64,000 nt of DNA, taken from contig NZ_CP186926.1 in NCBI RefSeq assembly GCF_049554935.1, positions 672,001 through 736,000 on the forward strand, read 5' to 3'. Positions 46,197-57,083 of the stretch are shown one piece after another. How positions within the stretch are numbered: position 1 is the stretch's first letter; each line of letters begins with the position of its first letter. The translations under genes were made by a program, and so were the position numbers. The notes below the pieces were generated by a model. The model ran no database searches, had not been told where the DNA came from, and saw only the letters and a list, made by a program, of their open reading frames with translations. This DNA comes from Methanocaldococcus indicus (lineage in GTDB: Archaea; AGJL01; Methanococci; Methanococcales; Methanocaldococcaceae).

Positions 46197-47698
46197 ACAT
46201 TTTAGGAATACATGATGGGCATAATGCAAGCTCCACATATATAAATAAAAATACAATATTAGCTAACAGTGAAGAGAGATTTAAAAGAATAAAAAATTAT
46301 AGAGGTTTTCCTGAAGAATCTATAAGATATATCCTAAATAAAGTAACAAATGTTGATGAGATAAAAGTTGGCTCAGTATTTAGGAGAAGAAACAAATTAT
46401 TAAAAATTAGGGATTTTCAAAATAAATTAAGAAAAAATCTTGTTTTTATATACCATCATCTCTCACATAGTTATTTATATAAATTATCTGATTTTAAGGA
46501 GTGCTTAGTTATCTCATTAGATGGCTCAGGAGATGGTCTATCTTTTTTAGCATCAATAGGAAAGGATGATTTAGAAGTTATTTGTGAGAGTTCATACTTA
46601 GATTCTGTTGGAGATTTTTATGCATCTATAACAGAGTTGTTAGGTTTTAAACCTATGGAAGATGAAGGTAAAGTTATGTCTTTATCTTCTTTTACATCTG
46701 ATTACTATTTTAATTTAAAAGTTATTGACTATATTGAGGAATTAAAAAGTTTTAGAAACTTTTTAGATGTTGTAGGTAGTGAAGCAACAAAAAAACTAAA
46801 ATCTTTATTGAATTTAGATAATCTAGATTTTAATAAAAAAGTTGGAGTAGCCAAATATGCACAAAAAGTTTTAGAGGAAGTTGTTTTAAAAGCTATAAAT
46901 CACCTATCTTCTGAGTACAATATAGAGAATATAGTTTTTACAGGAGGAGTTGCTCAAAATGTTAAATTAAACTCTAAAATTGCAGAAAATTTTAACTTAT
47001 TTGTTCCTCCATTTATGGGGGATGAAGGTTTAAGTTTTGGAGCTGTTTTATCCTCAAAATACTTTAAAAGATTAGAAATAAAAAATACATATTTTGGTTA
47101 TAAGATTGAGAATGAAAGAGTAGATAAAATATTAACCTCTCTGAACTCAACATATAAATACACTTACTTAGAAAATAAAGAAATTCCAGAAATTATTGGG
47201 GAGAAAATTTTAGATAATAAAGTTGTTTGTATAGCAAGAGATGAAATGGAATTTGGACCAAGAGCTTTGGGAAATAGAAGTATAATAGCTCTTCCAACAA
47301 AAGAAAATAGAGAAAGAATCAATAAAATTTTGGGGAGAGAGTGGTTTATGCCCTTTGCTCCAACTATCTTGTATGAGTATGTTGATGACTATTTAATAAA
47401 TCCTAAGTATAGTCCATTTATGACACTTCTTTTTAAAGTTAGGGAAGAAAGAGTTAAAGAGATTGAAGGAGTTGTTCATGTAGATAAAACAACAAGACCA
47501 CAAACATTAAAAAGAGAAAGTAATCCTCTATATTATGACATAATCAATTATATCAATGAAAATATAAACTTGCCAGTTGTTTTAAATACTTCATTTAATT
47601 TACATGGAGAGCCCATAGTTTGTAGAGAGGTAGATGCTTTAAAAAGTTTTAAATTTGATTATTTGCTTTTGGGGAATTATTTAATAGAGAAGGTGTAG
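46193..47698 (+). CDS. NodU/CmcH/TobZ-family carbamoyltransferase
   Basis: ILGIHDGHNAS, EERF.R.K, HH.SH, DGSGD, EGKVM, EFGPRALGNRS, FMPFAP and LNTSFN.HGEP. Confidence 0.9.
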   Translation: MNILGIHDGHNASSTYINKNTILANSEERFKRIKNYRGFPEESIRYILNKVTNVDEIKVGSVFRRRNKLLKIRDFQNKLRKNLVFIYHHLSHSYLYKLSDFKECLVISLDGSGDGLSFLASIGKDDLEVICESSYLDSVGDFYASITELLGFKPMEDEGKVMSLSSFTSDYYFNLKVIDYIEELKSFRNFLDVVGSEATKKLKSLLNLDNLDFNKKVGVAKYAQKVLEEVVLKAINHLSSEYNIENIVFTGGVAQNVKLNSKIAENFNLFVPPFMGDEGLSFGAVLSSKYFKRLEIKNTYFGYKIENERVDKILTSLNSTYKYTYLENKEIPEIIGEKILDNKVVCIARDEMEFGPRALGNRSIIALPTKENRERINKILGREWFMPFAPTILYEYVDDYLINPKYSPFMTLLFKVREERVKEIEGVVHVDKTTRPQTLKRESNPLYYDIINYINENINLPVVLNTSFNLHGEPIVCREVDALKSFKFDYLLLGNYLIEKV

Positions 47699-47701
47699 GA
47701 T

Positions 47702-48826
47702 GTGAAAGTAGTAACTGTTGATGAACTAAAAAAATTGATTAGAAATAATGAGGAAGATAAAATTGATGAGATTGATGTAGTTACTACTGCTACTTGTGGA
47801 ATAATGTCTGGAACTTCTGGGATATTTCACTTAAATTTTAATACACTATTTAGAAGGGCTAAAAAAATCTTTTTTAATGATATTGAGGGAGTAGTAGGTG
47901 TTTGTCCAAATGAATATTTGGGAAGAGTAGATTGCATATTTTTTGGGGAGGTAGGATTTTTATTTAAAGATATTGTTAAAGGTAAGGATATAGATGTTAA
48001 AGTTATAACTGATGAAGGTAAAGAAATTGAAGAAATATTTAACATAGAAAAATTTGAAACAGCTAAAATGATTGGAACAAGATTTGCTTTTAAAAATTAT
48101 TTAGCATTTACATCTAATAAAGAGACAGCTACAATTTTCCATAGATTCAAATTAAAGATAGGAGAGGCATCATTTTCCGGATGTGGTGAAATCAATCCAC
48201 TTGAGAATATGATTATTAAAGATAAGAATGATGTTGTAGGGCTAAGAGGACTATTGAATGGAGCTGAGTGTTTAGTATTAGGTTTTGGAACAAGGTCAAG
48301 TTTAGAAAAACCTAACTTAATGATATCAGCAAATATGAAAGATATGGACAGTTACTATTTAGGAGGATTTTTAACTTCTGGAGGAATTGAGATATATAAT
48401 ACTGTTGCTTTGCCAGTAGATGTAAGGAAACATAGAGAGGCTTTAAAAAAATTAGATAAAGATATTCCTCTACCATTGGTTAATTTATTTGGTAGAGAGA
48501 TTATAGATTATGGTAAGTATTCTGATGTCTGGGAGAATGTAGATTTAAGACCTAAAATATATATTGAGAAATGTAAAAATTGTAATATTTGTAAAGCAGA
48601 AGAGAGCTGTCCAACAAATGCAATAAAAAAAGAGAACAATAAAATTATTATAACTGAGGATTGCTTTGGTTGTGGAGTTTGTGGTTATGTTTGTGAAGTT
48701 TTTAAAATAAGATTAGGAGAAATTTGTGGGTTAAAAATTACTTGCAGACAATCAGATAGAAAAAGGGCTTTAAAGTTAGCAAAAGAGTTAAAGAAGAGAA
48801 TTATAAAAGGAGAATTATCTATATAG
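47702..48826 (+). CDS. Methanogenesis marker 16 metalloprotein (DUF39-like + ferredoxin)
   Basis: [37 protein letters not shown]....CP, CFGCGVC and CRQSDR.RA. Confidence 0.82.
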   Translation: MKVVTVDELKKLIRNNEEDKIDEIDVVTTATCGIMSGTSGIFHLNFNTLFRRAKKIFFNDIEGVVGVCPNEYLGRVDCIFFGEVGFLFKDIVKGKDIDVKVITDEGKEIEEIFNIEKFETAKMIGTRFAFKNYLAFTSNKETATIFHRFKLKIGEASFSGCGEINPLENMIIKDKNDVVGLRGLLNGAECLVLGFGTRSSLEKPNLMISANMKDMDSYYLGGFLTSGGIEIYNTVALPVDVRKHREALKKLDKDIPLPLVNLFGREIIDYGKYSDVWENVDLRPKIYIEKCKNCNICKAEESCPTNAIKKENNKIIITEDCFGCGVCGYVCEVFKIRLGEICGLKITCRQSDRKRALKLAKELKKRIIKGELSI

Positions 48827-50110
48827 AACTTCTAAGTGTTTTGGTTCTTCTTTTAATCTTTTCTTGCCCATAACTTTAAATACTGCTTTTAGGAAGTCCT
48901 CCATAGTTACATAATCTCTTTTGTCTCTTATTGCATTCATTCCCGCCTCAGTACATATAGCTTTTAAATCAGCCCCAACACATCCCTCTGTTAATCTTGC
49001 TATTTCTTGTAAATCTACATCTTTTGCTAAGTTCATATTTCTTGTGTGTATCTTTAATATTTCATATCTTCCTCTTTCATCTGGTGGTGGAACTTCTACT
49101 ATTCTGTCAAATCTTCCTGGTCTTAAAATTGCTGGGTCTAAAATGTCTAATCTGTTTGTTGCAGCTATAATTTTTACATCTCCTCTTGGGTCAAATCCAT
49201 CCATTTCAGCTAAGAGTTGCATTAATGTCCTTTGAACTTCTCTATCTCCACCTGTTAAAGCCTCTGTTCTTTTAGCAGCAATAGCATCAATCTCATCAAT
49301 AAATATTATTGATGGAGCTTTTTCTTTGGCTAATTTAAATATATCTTTAACTAATGTAGCACCTTCTCCAATAAACTTTTTAACTAACTCAGAACCTACA
49401 ACTCTAATAAAGGTAGCATTTGTTTCTCTTGCAACTGCCTTAGCTAATAAAGTCTTACCTGTCCCTGGTGGTCCATAAAGCAAGATTCCCTTAGGTGGCT
49501 CTATACCAACTTTTTCAAACAATTCAGGATATTTTAAAGGTAGTTCAACGACTTCCCTAACTTCTTGTATTTGCCTTTCTAATCCTCCAATATCCTCATA
49601 TCTAACATTTGGTCTCTCATCTACTTCCATAGCTCTTGCTCTATAATCCTTAGTTTCTGGAAGGACATCAACAATAGTTAAAGTTTGTTGATTAAGACAT
49701 ACTCTTTTTCCAGGAGTTAGTTCATCAGGATTTACAAAGTGAGATATTGTAACTAAGAAACTTGGACCTGTAGAACTTCTAACAACTGCTTTTCTATCTC
49801 CAACCTTTTCAACAACTGTCCCAATTAATAAAGGAGGCATTCTCATTCTGTCCAATTCTCTTCTTAATATTTCATTTTCTTTAACTAAGTGTAAATTTTC
49901 TTTTTCTAATTCTTTCTTTTCTAACTCTAATTTTAGTAATTTTCCTTCCAATTCTGCAATTCTTGCATCTTTATCCAACTCAGATAGTTCTTTTGTTTCA
50001 TCTTCTTTTTTTTCTTCTTTAAATTCATCAATTATTTCATTATCTAAATTGTCTTTTATATCAACTTTAATTTTTTTCTTACCAATATCAAAAAACTCCT
50101 CAAATACCAT
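48815..50110 (-). CDS. pan: Proteasome-activating nucleotidase
   Basis: Coiled coil + OB domain, [22 protein letters not shown] and C-terminal HbYX (LYR). Confidence 0.97.
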   Translation of the reverse strand: MVFEEFFDIGKKKIKVDIKDNLDNEIIDEFKEEKKEDETKELSELDKDARIAELEGKLLKLELEKKELEKENLHLVKENEILRRELDRMRMPPLLIGTVVEKVGDRKAVVRSSTGPSFLVTISHFVNPDELTPGKRVCLNQQTLTIVDVLPETKDYRARAMEVDERPNVRYEDIGGLERQIQEVREVVELPLKYPELFEKVGIEPPKGILLYGPPGTGKTLLAKAVARETNATFIRVVGSELVKKFIGEGATLVKDIFKLAKEKAPSIIFIDEIDAIAAKRTEALTGGDREVQRTLMQLLAEMDGFDPRGDVKIIAATNRLDILDPAILRPGRFDRIVEVPPPDERGRYEILKIHTRNMNLAKDVDLQEIARLTEGCVGADLKAICTEAGMNAIRDKRDYVTMEDFLKAVFKVMGKKRLKEEPKHLEVLYR

Positions 50111-50222
50111 AACACATCACCAAAGATTAATAATAGTAATATACTATTTAATCCATATTATGGTAATAAGTATAATACATAAAATATTTTATAAATAACT
50201 TTACATTAAAAAGTTGATGACT

Positions 50223-50507
50223 ATGCCAAAGATGGTTATACTACCAAAGATGGTTTTAGCATTAGGTGGATATATTAGAGAGACAGTATTCCCTTACACT
50301 GATGTAGAAGGTTTAAAGCCCTTTCCATACAGAAATATTATAGTTGGAAATCCTCTAAATGAGAGTGTTAAGATAGAAGTTCCTGTATATGATGAGGACT
50401 GGATAGAGAAGCATAAACAATTAGGATTAATTATTGTTACTGTTAATGAAGATGATGATTTTGTAGGGCTTTTTAAGAAAGTTAAATATATGGTGTCTAA
50501 GGAATGA
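50223..50507 (+). CDS. ehbP: Energy-converting hydrogenase B subunit P
   Basis: MPKMV..P....LGGYI.E...FPYRN.IVGNP...KIEVP motif recalled from EhbP. Confidence 0.72.
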   Translation: MPKMVILPKMVLALGGYIRETVFPYTDVEGLKPFPYRNIIVGNPLNESVKIEVPVYDEDWIEKHKQLGLIIVTVNEDDDFVGLFKKVKYMVSKE

Positions 50508-51190
50508 TTAAAGGAGTTATTTTTGATTTAGATGACACACTATACAACAGTTCTGAGTTTGTTAATATTGCAAGGAGAGAAGCTATAAAATCAATGATTG
50601 ATGCTGGATTAGATGTTGATTTTAATACTGCATGGGAAATACTAAATAAAATTATTAAAGATAAAGGTTCCAATTATGGAAAACATTTTGATGATTTAGT
50701 TAAGGCAATATTAGGATATTATAACCCCATGATAATAACAACTGGAATAATAACATATCATAATGTTAAAGTTGCTTTATTAAGACCTTACCCAGATGTT
50801 ATAAAAACTTTAATTGAATTAAAAAAAATGGATTTAAAGTTGGCTGTTTTAACTGATGGCTTAACAATAAAGCAATGGGAAAAATTGATAAGATTAGGAA
50901 TTCATCTATTTTTTGATGAAGTTGTTACTTCAGAGGAATTTGGTTTAGGTAAGCCACATATTGAATTTTTTAAGTATGGATTAAAAAAACTAAATTTGAA
51001 ACCTAAAGAGGTTATATATGTTGGAGATAGAGTTGATAGAGATATAAAACCTGCAAAAGCCTTAGGAATGATAACAGTAAGAATATTAAAGGGAAAATAT
51101 AAAGATATGGAGGATAATATATCTGACTACAAAATTGAAAATATAAAAGAACTTCTCCCAATAATAAAAAATTTAGTGGAATCAAAATGA
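50504..51190 (+). CDS. HAD-superfamily hydrolase (TIGR02253 type)
   Basis: FDLDDTL, LTDG, GKP and YVGDR..RDI. Confidence 0.9.
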   Translation: MIKGVIFDLDDTLYNSSEFVNIARREAIKSMIDAGLDVDFNTAWEILNKIIKDKGSNYGKHFDDLVKAILGYYNPMIITTGIITYHNVKVALLRPYPDVIKTLIELKKMDLKLAVLTDGLTIKQWEKLIRLGIHLFFDEVVTSEEFGLGKPHIEFFKYGLKKLNLKPKEVIYVGDRVDRDIKPAKALGMITVRILKGKYKDMEDNISDYKIENIKELLPIIKNLVESK

Positions 51191-51933
51191 GAATAATAAA
51201 GTTGTTTTTTTCTTTTTTTACAAGAATTCCTATTAATGTGGAAAATTTTAGTTTAGAAGATATAGGTAAAAATTTTCATTTAGTTATTTTTATAGGATAC
51301 TTTTTTGGAGTTATTGGTTATATTTTTGTTAAGTTATTATGTATATATCCTCTATTGTCTTCAACAATAACAATTTTTATTATTGAGTATTTAAATAGTT
51401 TTCAACATTTTGATGGATTATTAGATTTTGGAGATGCATGGATGAGCTTTAACAACAAATTAGATGCTTTAAAAGATAAGTATATAGGTGTTGGAGGTTT
51501 TGCTTTTGGATTTTTTATAACATTGATAAGTATTATCTCTTACTCATACTTTATTACTAATAGTTTAATATATTATATCTTTATTATAGAGGTGTTAAAC
51601 AAATTAAGTATGATAAGTTGTGCTACTTTTGGAAATCCTCAACCATCTGGCTCAGGAAGATATATTGTTAAAAACTGCTCATTAAAAAATTTAATGTATG
51701 GATTAATTTTAGTTTTGCCTTTAATTTTAATTAATAAAGAGGTAATTTTTCTAATTATATGCTCTGTAATTGTTGGATATATTTTAAGTAGATATGCAAA
51801 TAAAAATTTAAGTGGAGTTAATGGGGACATATTAGGAGCAAGTAATGAGATTAATAGAGCAGTAATATCCTTTTTAATAATCTTCTCTAACAACATCTAC
51901 ATAGATGTCCTTACCTTCTTTAATAGCTTTTAA
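51187..51933 (+). CDS. cobS: Adenosylcobinamide-GDP ribazoletransferase
   Basis: FFTRIP, HFDGLLDFGD, KD..IG..G and GVNGDILGA..E. Confidence 0.92.
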   Translation: MRIIKLFFSFFTRIPINVENFSLEDIGKNFHLVIFIGYFFGVIGYIFVKLLCIYPLLSSTITIFIIEYLNSFQHFDGLLDFGDAWMSFNNKLDALKDKYIGVGGFAFGFFITLISIISYSYFITNSLIYYIFIIEVLNKLSMISCATFGNPQPSGSGRYIVKNCSLKNLMYGLILVLPLILINKEVIFLIICSVIVGYILSRYANKNLSGVNGDILGASNEINRAVISFLIIFSNNIYIDVLTFFNSF

Positions 51934-53796
51934 TATCTCCTTTCCTACTTTTGTTTTTTTGTTAATTCTTACAGTTCCATCAACTCTTGCTGTAACAGTT
52001 GTTAATAATTTATTATTATCAATATATATTTTTATATTTTCTCCAGCATAATCTTCTCCAACATCTACTACAACATGCTTATCAGTTTCATAAATTTTAA
52101 AACTCTCCAATTCATTATCTATTTCATAAATTTTGTTAAACTCTTCTTTTTCAAGATTTTCATCTTTTTCTCTTACAGATATTTTTAATCCCAAAGTATT
52201 TTCTAATTTAGATATTTCCTTACCACCTTTCCCAATTATACTTCCAATGTATCTCTCTGGGACATACAACTCAATAGAATCATCACCTTTAACTTTAACT
52301 ATTGGTTTAGCTTTTCTTGGTAATAATCTTCTTAAAATTTCTTCCAATTTTTCTTCTGCATAGCTGTATATTGGAGGAGCTTTTTTCTCATCACCTTTTA
52401 CTGGCATAACTACTACTTGCTCCCCATAAGTATAGATTTCATACTCTGTCTCTCCTGTTTCAAAGTCTTTAACTTCTATAACTGGCCTTGCTAAATCTTC
52501 CTCAACCATTCCATAAGGAACTTTAACAGTAAAATCTAACTCATAAACTTTCTGGATTTTACCATCTTTTATAAATATAACTGTATCTACAACCTGTGGG
52601 ATAACTCCCAACTCAACTCTACCAATTAATCTTTGAATGGCATCTATTGGTTTTGAAGCATGAACAACTCCAACCATTCCAACTCCAGCTAATCTCATAT
52701 CTGCAAAAATTTCAAAATCCCTTGTTTTCCTAACTTCATCATAAATTGTGTAGTCAGGTCTAACTAATAAAAGAATATCTGCTGTTTTTTCCATATCTCC
52801 CTCTAATGGAGCATATTGAGTTATCTCTTTACTAACTTGTAAATCTCTTGGGCTCTCCATTGTTTTAACTATTTTTCCTTTATTTTTATAGAATTCCGCC
52901 AAAGCAGTAACAAATGTCGACTTTCCACTTCCAGGTGGTCCAGAAATAAAGATTCCTTCTGCTCTTTCTTCCAATCTTTTTAAGAGTTTATCTGATAAAT
53001 TATAATCTTCTAACTTAGCTTTTATTATTGGTCTTACAGCAGTAACTTCTAATGCCTCAGAAAATGGAGGTCTTGCAATTGAAATTCTTAGATTTCCTAA
53101 TTGAATAACTGTTGCTCCTTTTCTTTGTATTTCAAATAATCCATTGTTTAATTCAGCATATTTTATAATATTATCAATAATCTCCTCCATTTCCTCTTTT
53201 GTTAGTTCTTTCTCACCAATTGGAACTAACTTTATATCTCCAGGCTTTCCTTTTTTTGCATAAGGAAGACAACCTTCTTTTAAATGAACTGACATTGTTT
53301 CTTCATCAAAAAACTTATCTAAAACTAACTCAATATCTTCTTCCTCTTTCTCTAAATATATTGCATCTATCCCTTGTGCCTTTGCTAAATTGTACTGTAT
53401 CCAATCAGATGTTAGTAATATAGAATTTGTTTCCTTAGCAACATTTCTAATCATTGCATCAATTTCTCCACTTTTAGCTAAAGCTATTTCCTCCAAACTT
53501 GGTCTTTCTCCATAATACTCAATTTTAATTCCTTTCTCCTTAGCTTTTTCAGTAATTTTTCTTAATTCCTCTATTCCCTTAAATCCTATTTCTCTTCCTT
53601 TATTTGCTTGATATTCCAATTCTGAAACAACTGCCTCAGGAATAACTATTGTAGAATTTTCTAAAATTCCTTTATCTATCATCTCTGAAATTCTACCATC
53701 TATAACAACACAAGTATCAACACATATTTTTTTGCCTTTTAAATCCAATTCATCAATTTTTTTAGCTTCTAATTGTTTTCTTTCTTCTAAATTCAT
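51874..53796 (-). CDS. PIN-domain ATPase with KH domain (PINA/VirB11-like)
   Basis: CVDTCVVIDG PIN domain, GPPGSGKST, ESPRDL, DEVR and C-terminal KH (IIGKGG). Confidence 0.9.
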   Translation of the reverse strand: MNLEERKQLEAKKIDELDLKGKKICVDTCVVIDGRISEMIDKGILENSTIVIPEAVVSELEYQANKGREIGFKGIEELRKITEKAKEKGIKIEYYGERPSLEEIALAKSGEIDAMIRNVAKETNSILLTSDWIQYNLAKAQGIDAIYLEKEEEDIELVLDKFFDEETMSVHLKEGCLPYAKKGKPGDIKLVPIGEKELTKEEMEEIIDNIIKYAELNNGLFEIQRKGATVIQLGNLRISIARPPFSEALEVTAVRPIIKAKLEDYNLSDKLLKRLEERAEGIFISGPPGSGKSTFVTALAEFYKNKGKIVKTMESPRDLQVSKEITQYAPLEGDMEKTADILLLVRPDYTIYDEVRKTRDFEIFADMRLAGVGMVGVVHASKPIDAIQRLIGRVELGVIPQVVDTVIFIKDGKIQKVYELDFTVKVPYGMVEEDLARPVIEVKDFETGETEYEIYTYGEQVVVMPVKGDEKKAPPIYSYAEEKLEEILRRLLPRKAKPIVKVKGDDSIELYVPERYIGSIIGKGGKEISKLENTLGLKISVREKDENLEKEEFNKIYEIDNELESFKIYETDKHVVVDVGEDYAGENIKIYIDNNKLLTTVTARVDGTVRINKKTKVGKEILKAIKEGKDIYVDVVREDY

Positions 53797-53798
53797 AT

Positions 53799-54437
53799 TT
53801 ATTCACCTTGTAGTTTTTTATAAATTTCTACTCTTTCTTTAATTAATTTTTTAATTTTATCTACACCCTCACCTTTCTTTAAAATTGCTGGAACTATAAA
53901 TTTCCATTGAGTCCATGGTGGAGAACACTTTAAATATTCACAAATTTTATTTAAAATTATATCTTTTTCCTCTTTTTTTATCTTATCCATCTTATTAGCT
54001 ACTAATATAGGAGATATTTTCAACTCAGTTATAAAATCAAACATCTCCAAATCTATTGGAATCTCTCCTCTATTCTCCCATCTCTCAACAATTTCAATAA
54101 ATGGTTTAACATCAATAACATGAATAGCAGCTGCAATATTATCTGCATTCTCTTCTATATATTTAACTATCTCATCTTTTATCTTCTCTTGAACATGCTT
54201 AGGAATTCCTTTCATATATCCAAATCCTGGCATATCAACTAATATATAATCTCCTAAATCATACTCATTAATCTTTAAAGTTACACCAGGTCTTTTTCCT
54301 ACTTTAATATCTTTTCTACCTGTTAGATGTCTAATTAAAGTTGATTTACCAACATTACTCCTACCTACAACAATAACCTTAGGTTTATTTTTGAGTTTTT
54401 GTTTTTTTAATTTTATATACTTTTCTAAAAAATTCAT
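53799..54437 (-). CDS. engB: GTP-binding protein EngB
   Basis: [19 protein letters not shown] and NKMD. Confidence 0.92.
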   Translation of the reverse strand: MNFLEKYIKLKKQKLKNKPKVIVVGRSNVGKSTLIRHLTGRKDIKVGKRPGVTLKINEYDLGDYILVDMPGFGYMKGIPKHVQEKIKDEIVKYIEENADNIAAAIHVIDVKPFIEIVERWENRGEIPIDLEMFDFITELKISPILVANKMDKIKKEEKDIILNKICEYLKCSPPWTQWKFIVPAILKKGEGVDKIKKLIKERVEIYKKLQGE

Positions 54438-54545
54438 AATAATCACTTTAAATTTTTAATTTTATAAATTATATGTTAGATATTAAATATTATTTTTAAT
54501 TTTTAATATTATTACTTTGGATAAATATAAGGGTGAGGACATATT

Positions 54546-55280
54546 TTGTTAGGTAGAGTAGAAAAAAAGCTAAATAGGATTATAGAGAATGAGGGAGCTG
54601 CCTATTTTATACTAATTGACCCTGAAAAAGATGTTGATTTAGAAAGTATTATGGATTATGCTGATGCTTTCTTAATAGGTGGAAGTTCAGGAATAGTAAA
54701 TTTAGATGAAAAAATTAAAGAGATTAAAAAAGATACCAATATCCCTATAATTTTATTTCCTGGAAATGTTGATGGCATTTCAAAAGAGGCAGATGCAATA
54801 TTATATATGAGCTTAATGAATTCAAGAAACACCTACTGGACAACTCTTGCTCCTACATTAGGAGCTATAAAAATCTTAAAGTATAAGATTGAGCCAATTC
54901 CAACAGCATATATATGTATAGAGCCTGCAAAAAATACAACTGTTGGATTTGTAGGAGACATAAATGAAATTCCTAAAAATAAGCCAAATATTGTAGCTAT
55001 GTATTGTCTATCTGCCAAATTTTTTGGTATGAGATGGTGTTATTTAGAAGCTGGAAGTGGAGCAGAATTTCCAGTTAGTAATGAAGCTATAAAGATAAGT
55101 AAAGAGATAGCAAATATTAATATTATTGTTGGAGGAGGCATAAGAGATGAAAAAACTGCCTATGAAAAAGTTAAAGCTGGTGCTGATGTAATTGTAACAG
55201 GCACTTTAATAGAAAAAAATCCTGATAAAGTTGAACAAATATATAATGCAATAAAAAAAGCAGGGAGGGAAAAATTATGA
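54546..55280 (+). CDS. Geranylgeranylglyceryl phosphate synthase
   Basis: [28 protein letters not shown] and VGGGIR. Confidence 0.93.
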   Translation: MLGRVEKKLNRIIENEGAAYFILIDPEKDVDLESIMDYADAFLIGGSSGIVNLDEKIKEIKKDTNIPIILFPGNVDGISKEADAILYMSLMNSRNTYWTTLAPTLGAIKILKYKIEPIPTAYICIEPAKNTTVGFVGDINEIPKNKPNIVAMYCLSAKFFGMRWCYLEAGSGAEFPVSNEAIKISKEIANINIIVGGGIRDEKTAYEKVKAGADVIVTGTLIEKNPDKVEQIYNAIKKAGREKL

Positions 55281-56557
55281 GGATATATACAAGTGAAATA
55301 ACTCCTGATAAAGATGGAGAAATTGTAGAGTTAGCAGGATGGGTTCATTCTGTAAGAGCATTAGGTAAGTTAGTATTTGTTATTTTAAGAGATAGAGAAG
55401 GGACAATTCAAATAGTTGCTCCAAAACAAAAAGTTGGAGAAGAACTATTTAAAAAAATAAAATCACTTGGACAGGAGGATGTTATAAAAGTTAAAGGTAA
55501 AGTTGTAGCTAATGAAAAAGCTCCTGGAGGAGTAGAAATTCTTCCATTGGAAGTTGAAATATTAAATAGAGCAGTAAGACCTCTTCCATTAGACCCAGCT
55601 GAAAAAGTTCCGGCTGAATTAGATACAAGATTAGACAACAGATTTTTAGATTTAAGAAAACCAAAAGTTCAGGCAATATTTAAAATTAGAAGTGAAATGT
55701 TAAAATCTGTGAGAGATACATTTTATAAAGAAGGATTTATAGAAGTTAATACTCCAAAATTAGTAGCAAGCTGTACAGAAGGAGGAACAGAACTTTTCCC
55801 AATATCTTACTTTGAGAAAGAGGCATTCTTAGGACAAAGTCCTCAGCTGTATAAGCAGATGTTAATGGCATCTGGATTAGATAGAGTTTTTGAAATAGCT
55901 CCAATATTTAGAGCAGAAGAGCACAACACAAGGAGACATTTAAATGAAGCTATATCTATAGATATTGAGATGGCTTTTGCAGATGATAAAGATGCTATGG
56001 ATATGTTAGAGAAAGTTGTTTTAAATGCATTAAATGATGTTTATGAAAATAGAGAAAAAGAATTAAATATATTGGGAGTAAAATTAGATATTCCTGAGAA
56101 GATAGATAGAATTACTTATGATGAAGCCCTTGAAATAATAAAAAATAAAGTTCCAATTGAATGGGGAGATGATTTAAGTAGGGAAGCAGAGAAAGTTTTA
56201 GGAGAGGAAATGGGCTCATACTACTTTATAACTGATTGGCCTTTGGAAATTAGACCTTTCTATACAATGCCAAAAGATGAAAAAATTGGAAAAGCTTTTG
56301 ACTTGATGTATAAAGATTTAGAGCTATCATCTGGGGCTCAAAGAATTCATCTATATGATTTATTAGTTGAAAGTATAAAGAAAAAAGGACTCTCCCCTGA
56401 AGGATTTACATTTTATTTAGAAGCTTTTAAATATGGTATGCCTCCACATGCTGGTTGGGGTTTAGGAGCAGATAGATTTACAATGGTATTGACTGGAAGA
56501 GAAAATATAAGAGAATGTGTATTATTCCCAAGAGACAGACAAAGATTGACTCCTTAA
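55277..56557 (+). CDS. aspS: Aspartate--tRNA(Asp/Asn) ligase
   Basis: OB domain (LAGWVH...LRDREG), [14 protein letters not shown] and [14 protein letters not shown]. Confidence 0.96.
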   Translation: MRIYTSEITPDKDGEIVELAGWVHSVRALGKLVFVILRDREGTIQIVAPKQKVGEELFKKIKSLGQEDVIKVKGKVVANEKAPGGVEILPLEVEILNRAVRPLPLDPAEKVPAELDTRLDNRFLDLRKPKVQAIFKIRSEMLKSVRDTFYKEGFIEVNTPKLVASCTEGGTELFPISYFEKEAFLGQSPQLYKQMLMASGLDRVFEIAPIFRAEEHNTRRHLNEAISIDIEMAFADDKDAMDMLEKVVLNALNDVYENREKELNILGVKLDIPEKIDRITYDEALEIIKNKVPIEWGDDLSREAEKVLGEEMGSYYFITDWPLEIRPFYTMPKDEKIGKAFDLMYKDLELSSGAQRIHLYDLLVESIKKKGLSPEGFTFYLEAFKYGMPPHAGWGLGADRFTMVLTGRENIRECVLFPRDRQRLTP

Positions 56558-56612
56558 TAGTTATTCTTTTTATTACTATTTAATTAAAATTTTAAAAAAA
56601 AAGGTTTTAACC

Positions 56613-57083
56613 ATGTTTATAGCCAAGGGAGCTATTATTATTGGAGATGTTAAATTAGGTAAAGAGTGTTCAGTATGGTTTAATGCTGTTTTAAGAGGTG
56701 ATTTAAATAAAATAGTTGTTGGTGATTATTCAAATATTCAAGATAATTGTGTAATACATTGCTCTAAGGATTATCCTACAATCATTGGAAAGTATGTATC
56801 AATTGGACATTGTGCTGTTGTTCATGGTGCTTATATAGAGGATAATGTTTTAGTTGGAATGAATTCAACAATATTAAATGGAGCAAAAATTGGAAAAAAT
56901 TGTATAATTGGAGCTAATGCATTAATTCCACAAAATAGAGAAATTCCAAAAAATAGCTTAGTTTTAGGAGTTCCTGGTAGAGTTGTTAGAGAACTAAGTA
57001 AAGATGAAATTAAAAGTATTAAAGAAAATGCTTTAAGATACTGTGAATTAGCAAAAAAGTATTTAGAGGGAGAGTATGAGTGA
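56613..57083 (+). CDS. Gamma-carbonic anhydrase family (hexapeptide repeat) protein
   Basis: [22 protein letters not shown] and GVPGRVVR. Confidence 0.92.
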   Translation: MFIAKGAIIIGDVKLGKECSVWFNAVLRGDLNKIVVGDYSNIQDNCVIHCSKDYPTIIGKYVSIGHCAVVHGAYIEDNVLVGMNSTILNGAKIGKNCIIGANALIPQNREIPKNSLVLGVPGRVVRELSKDEIKSIKENALRYCELAKKYLEGEYE

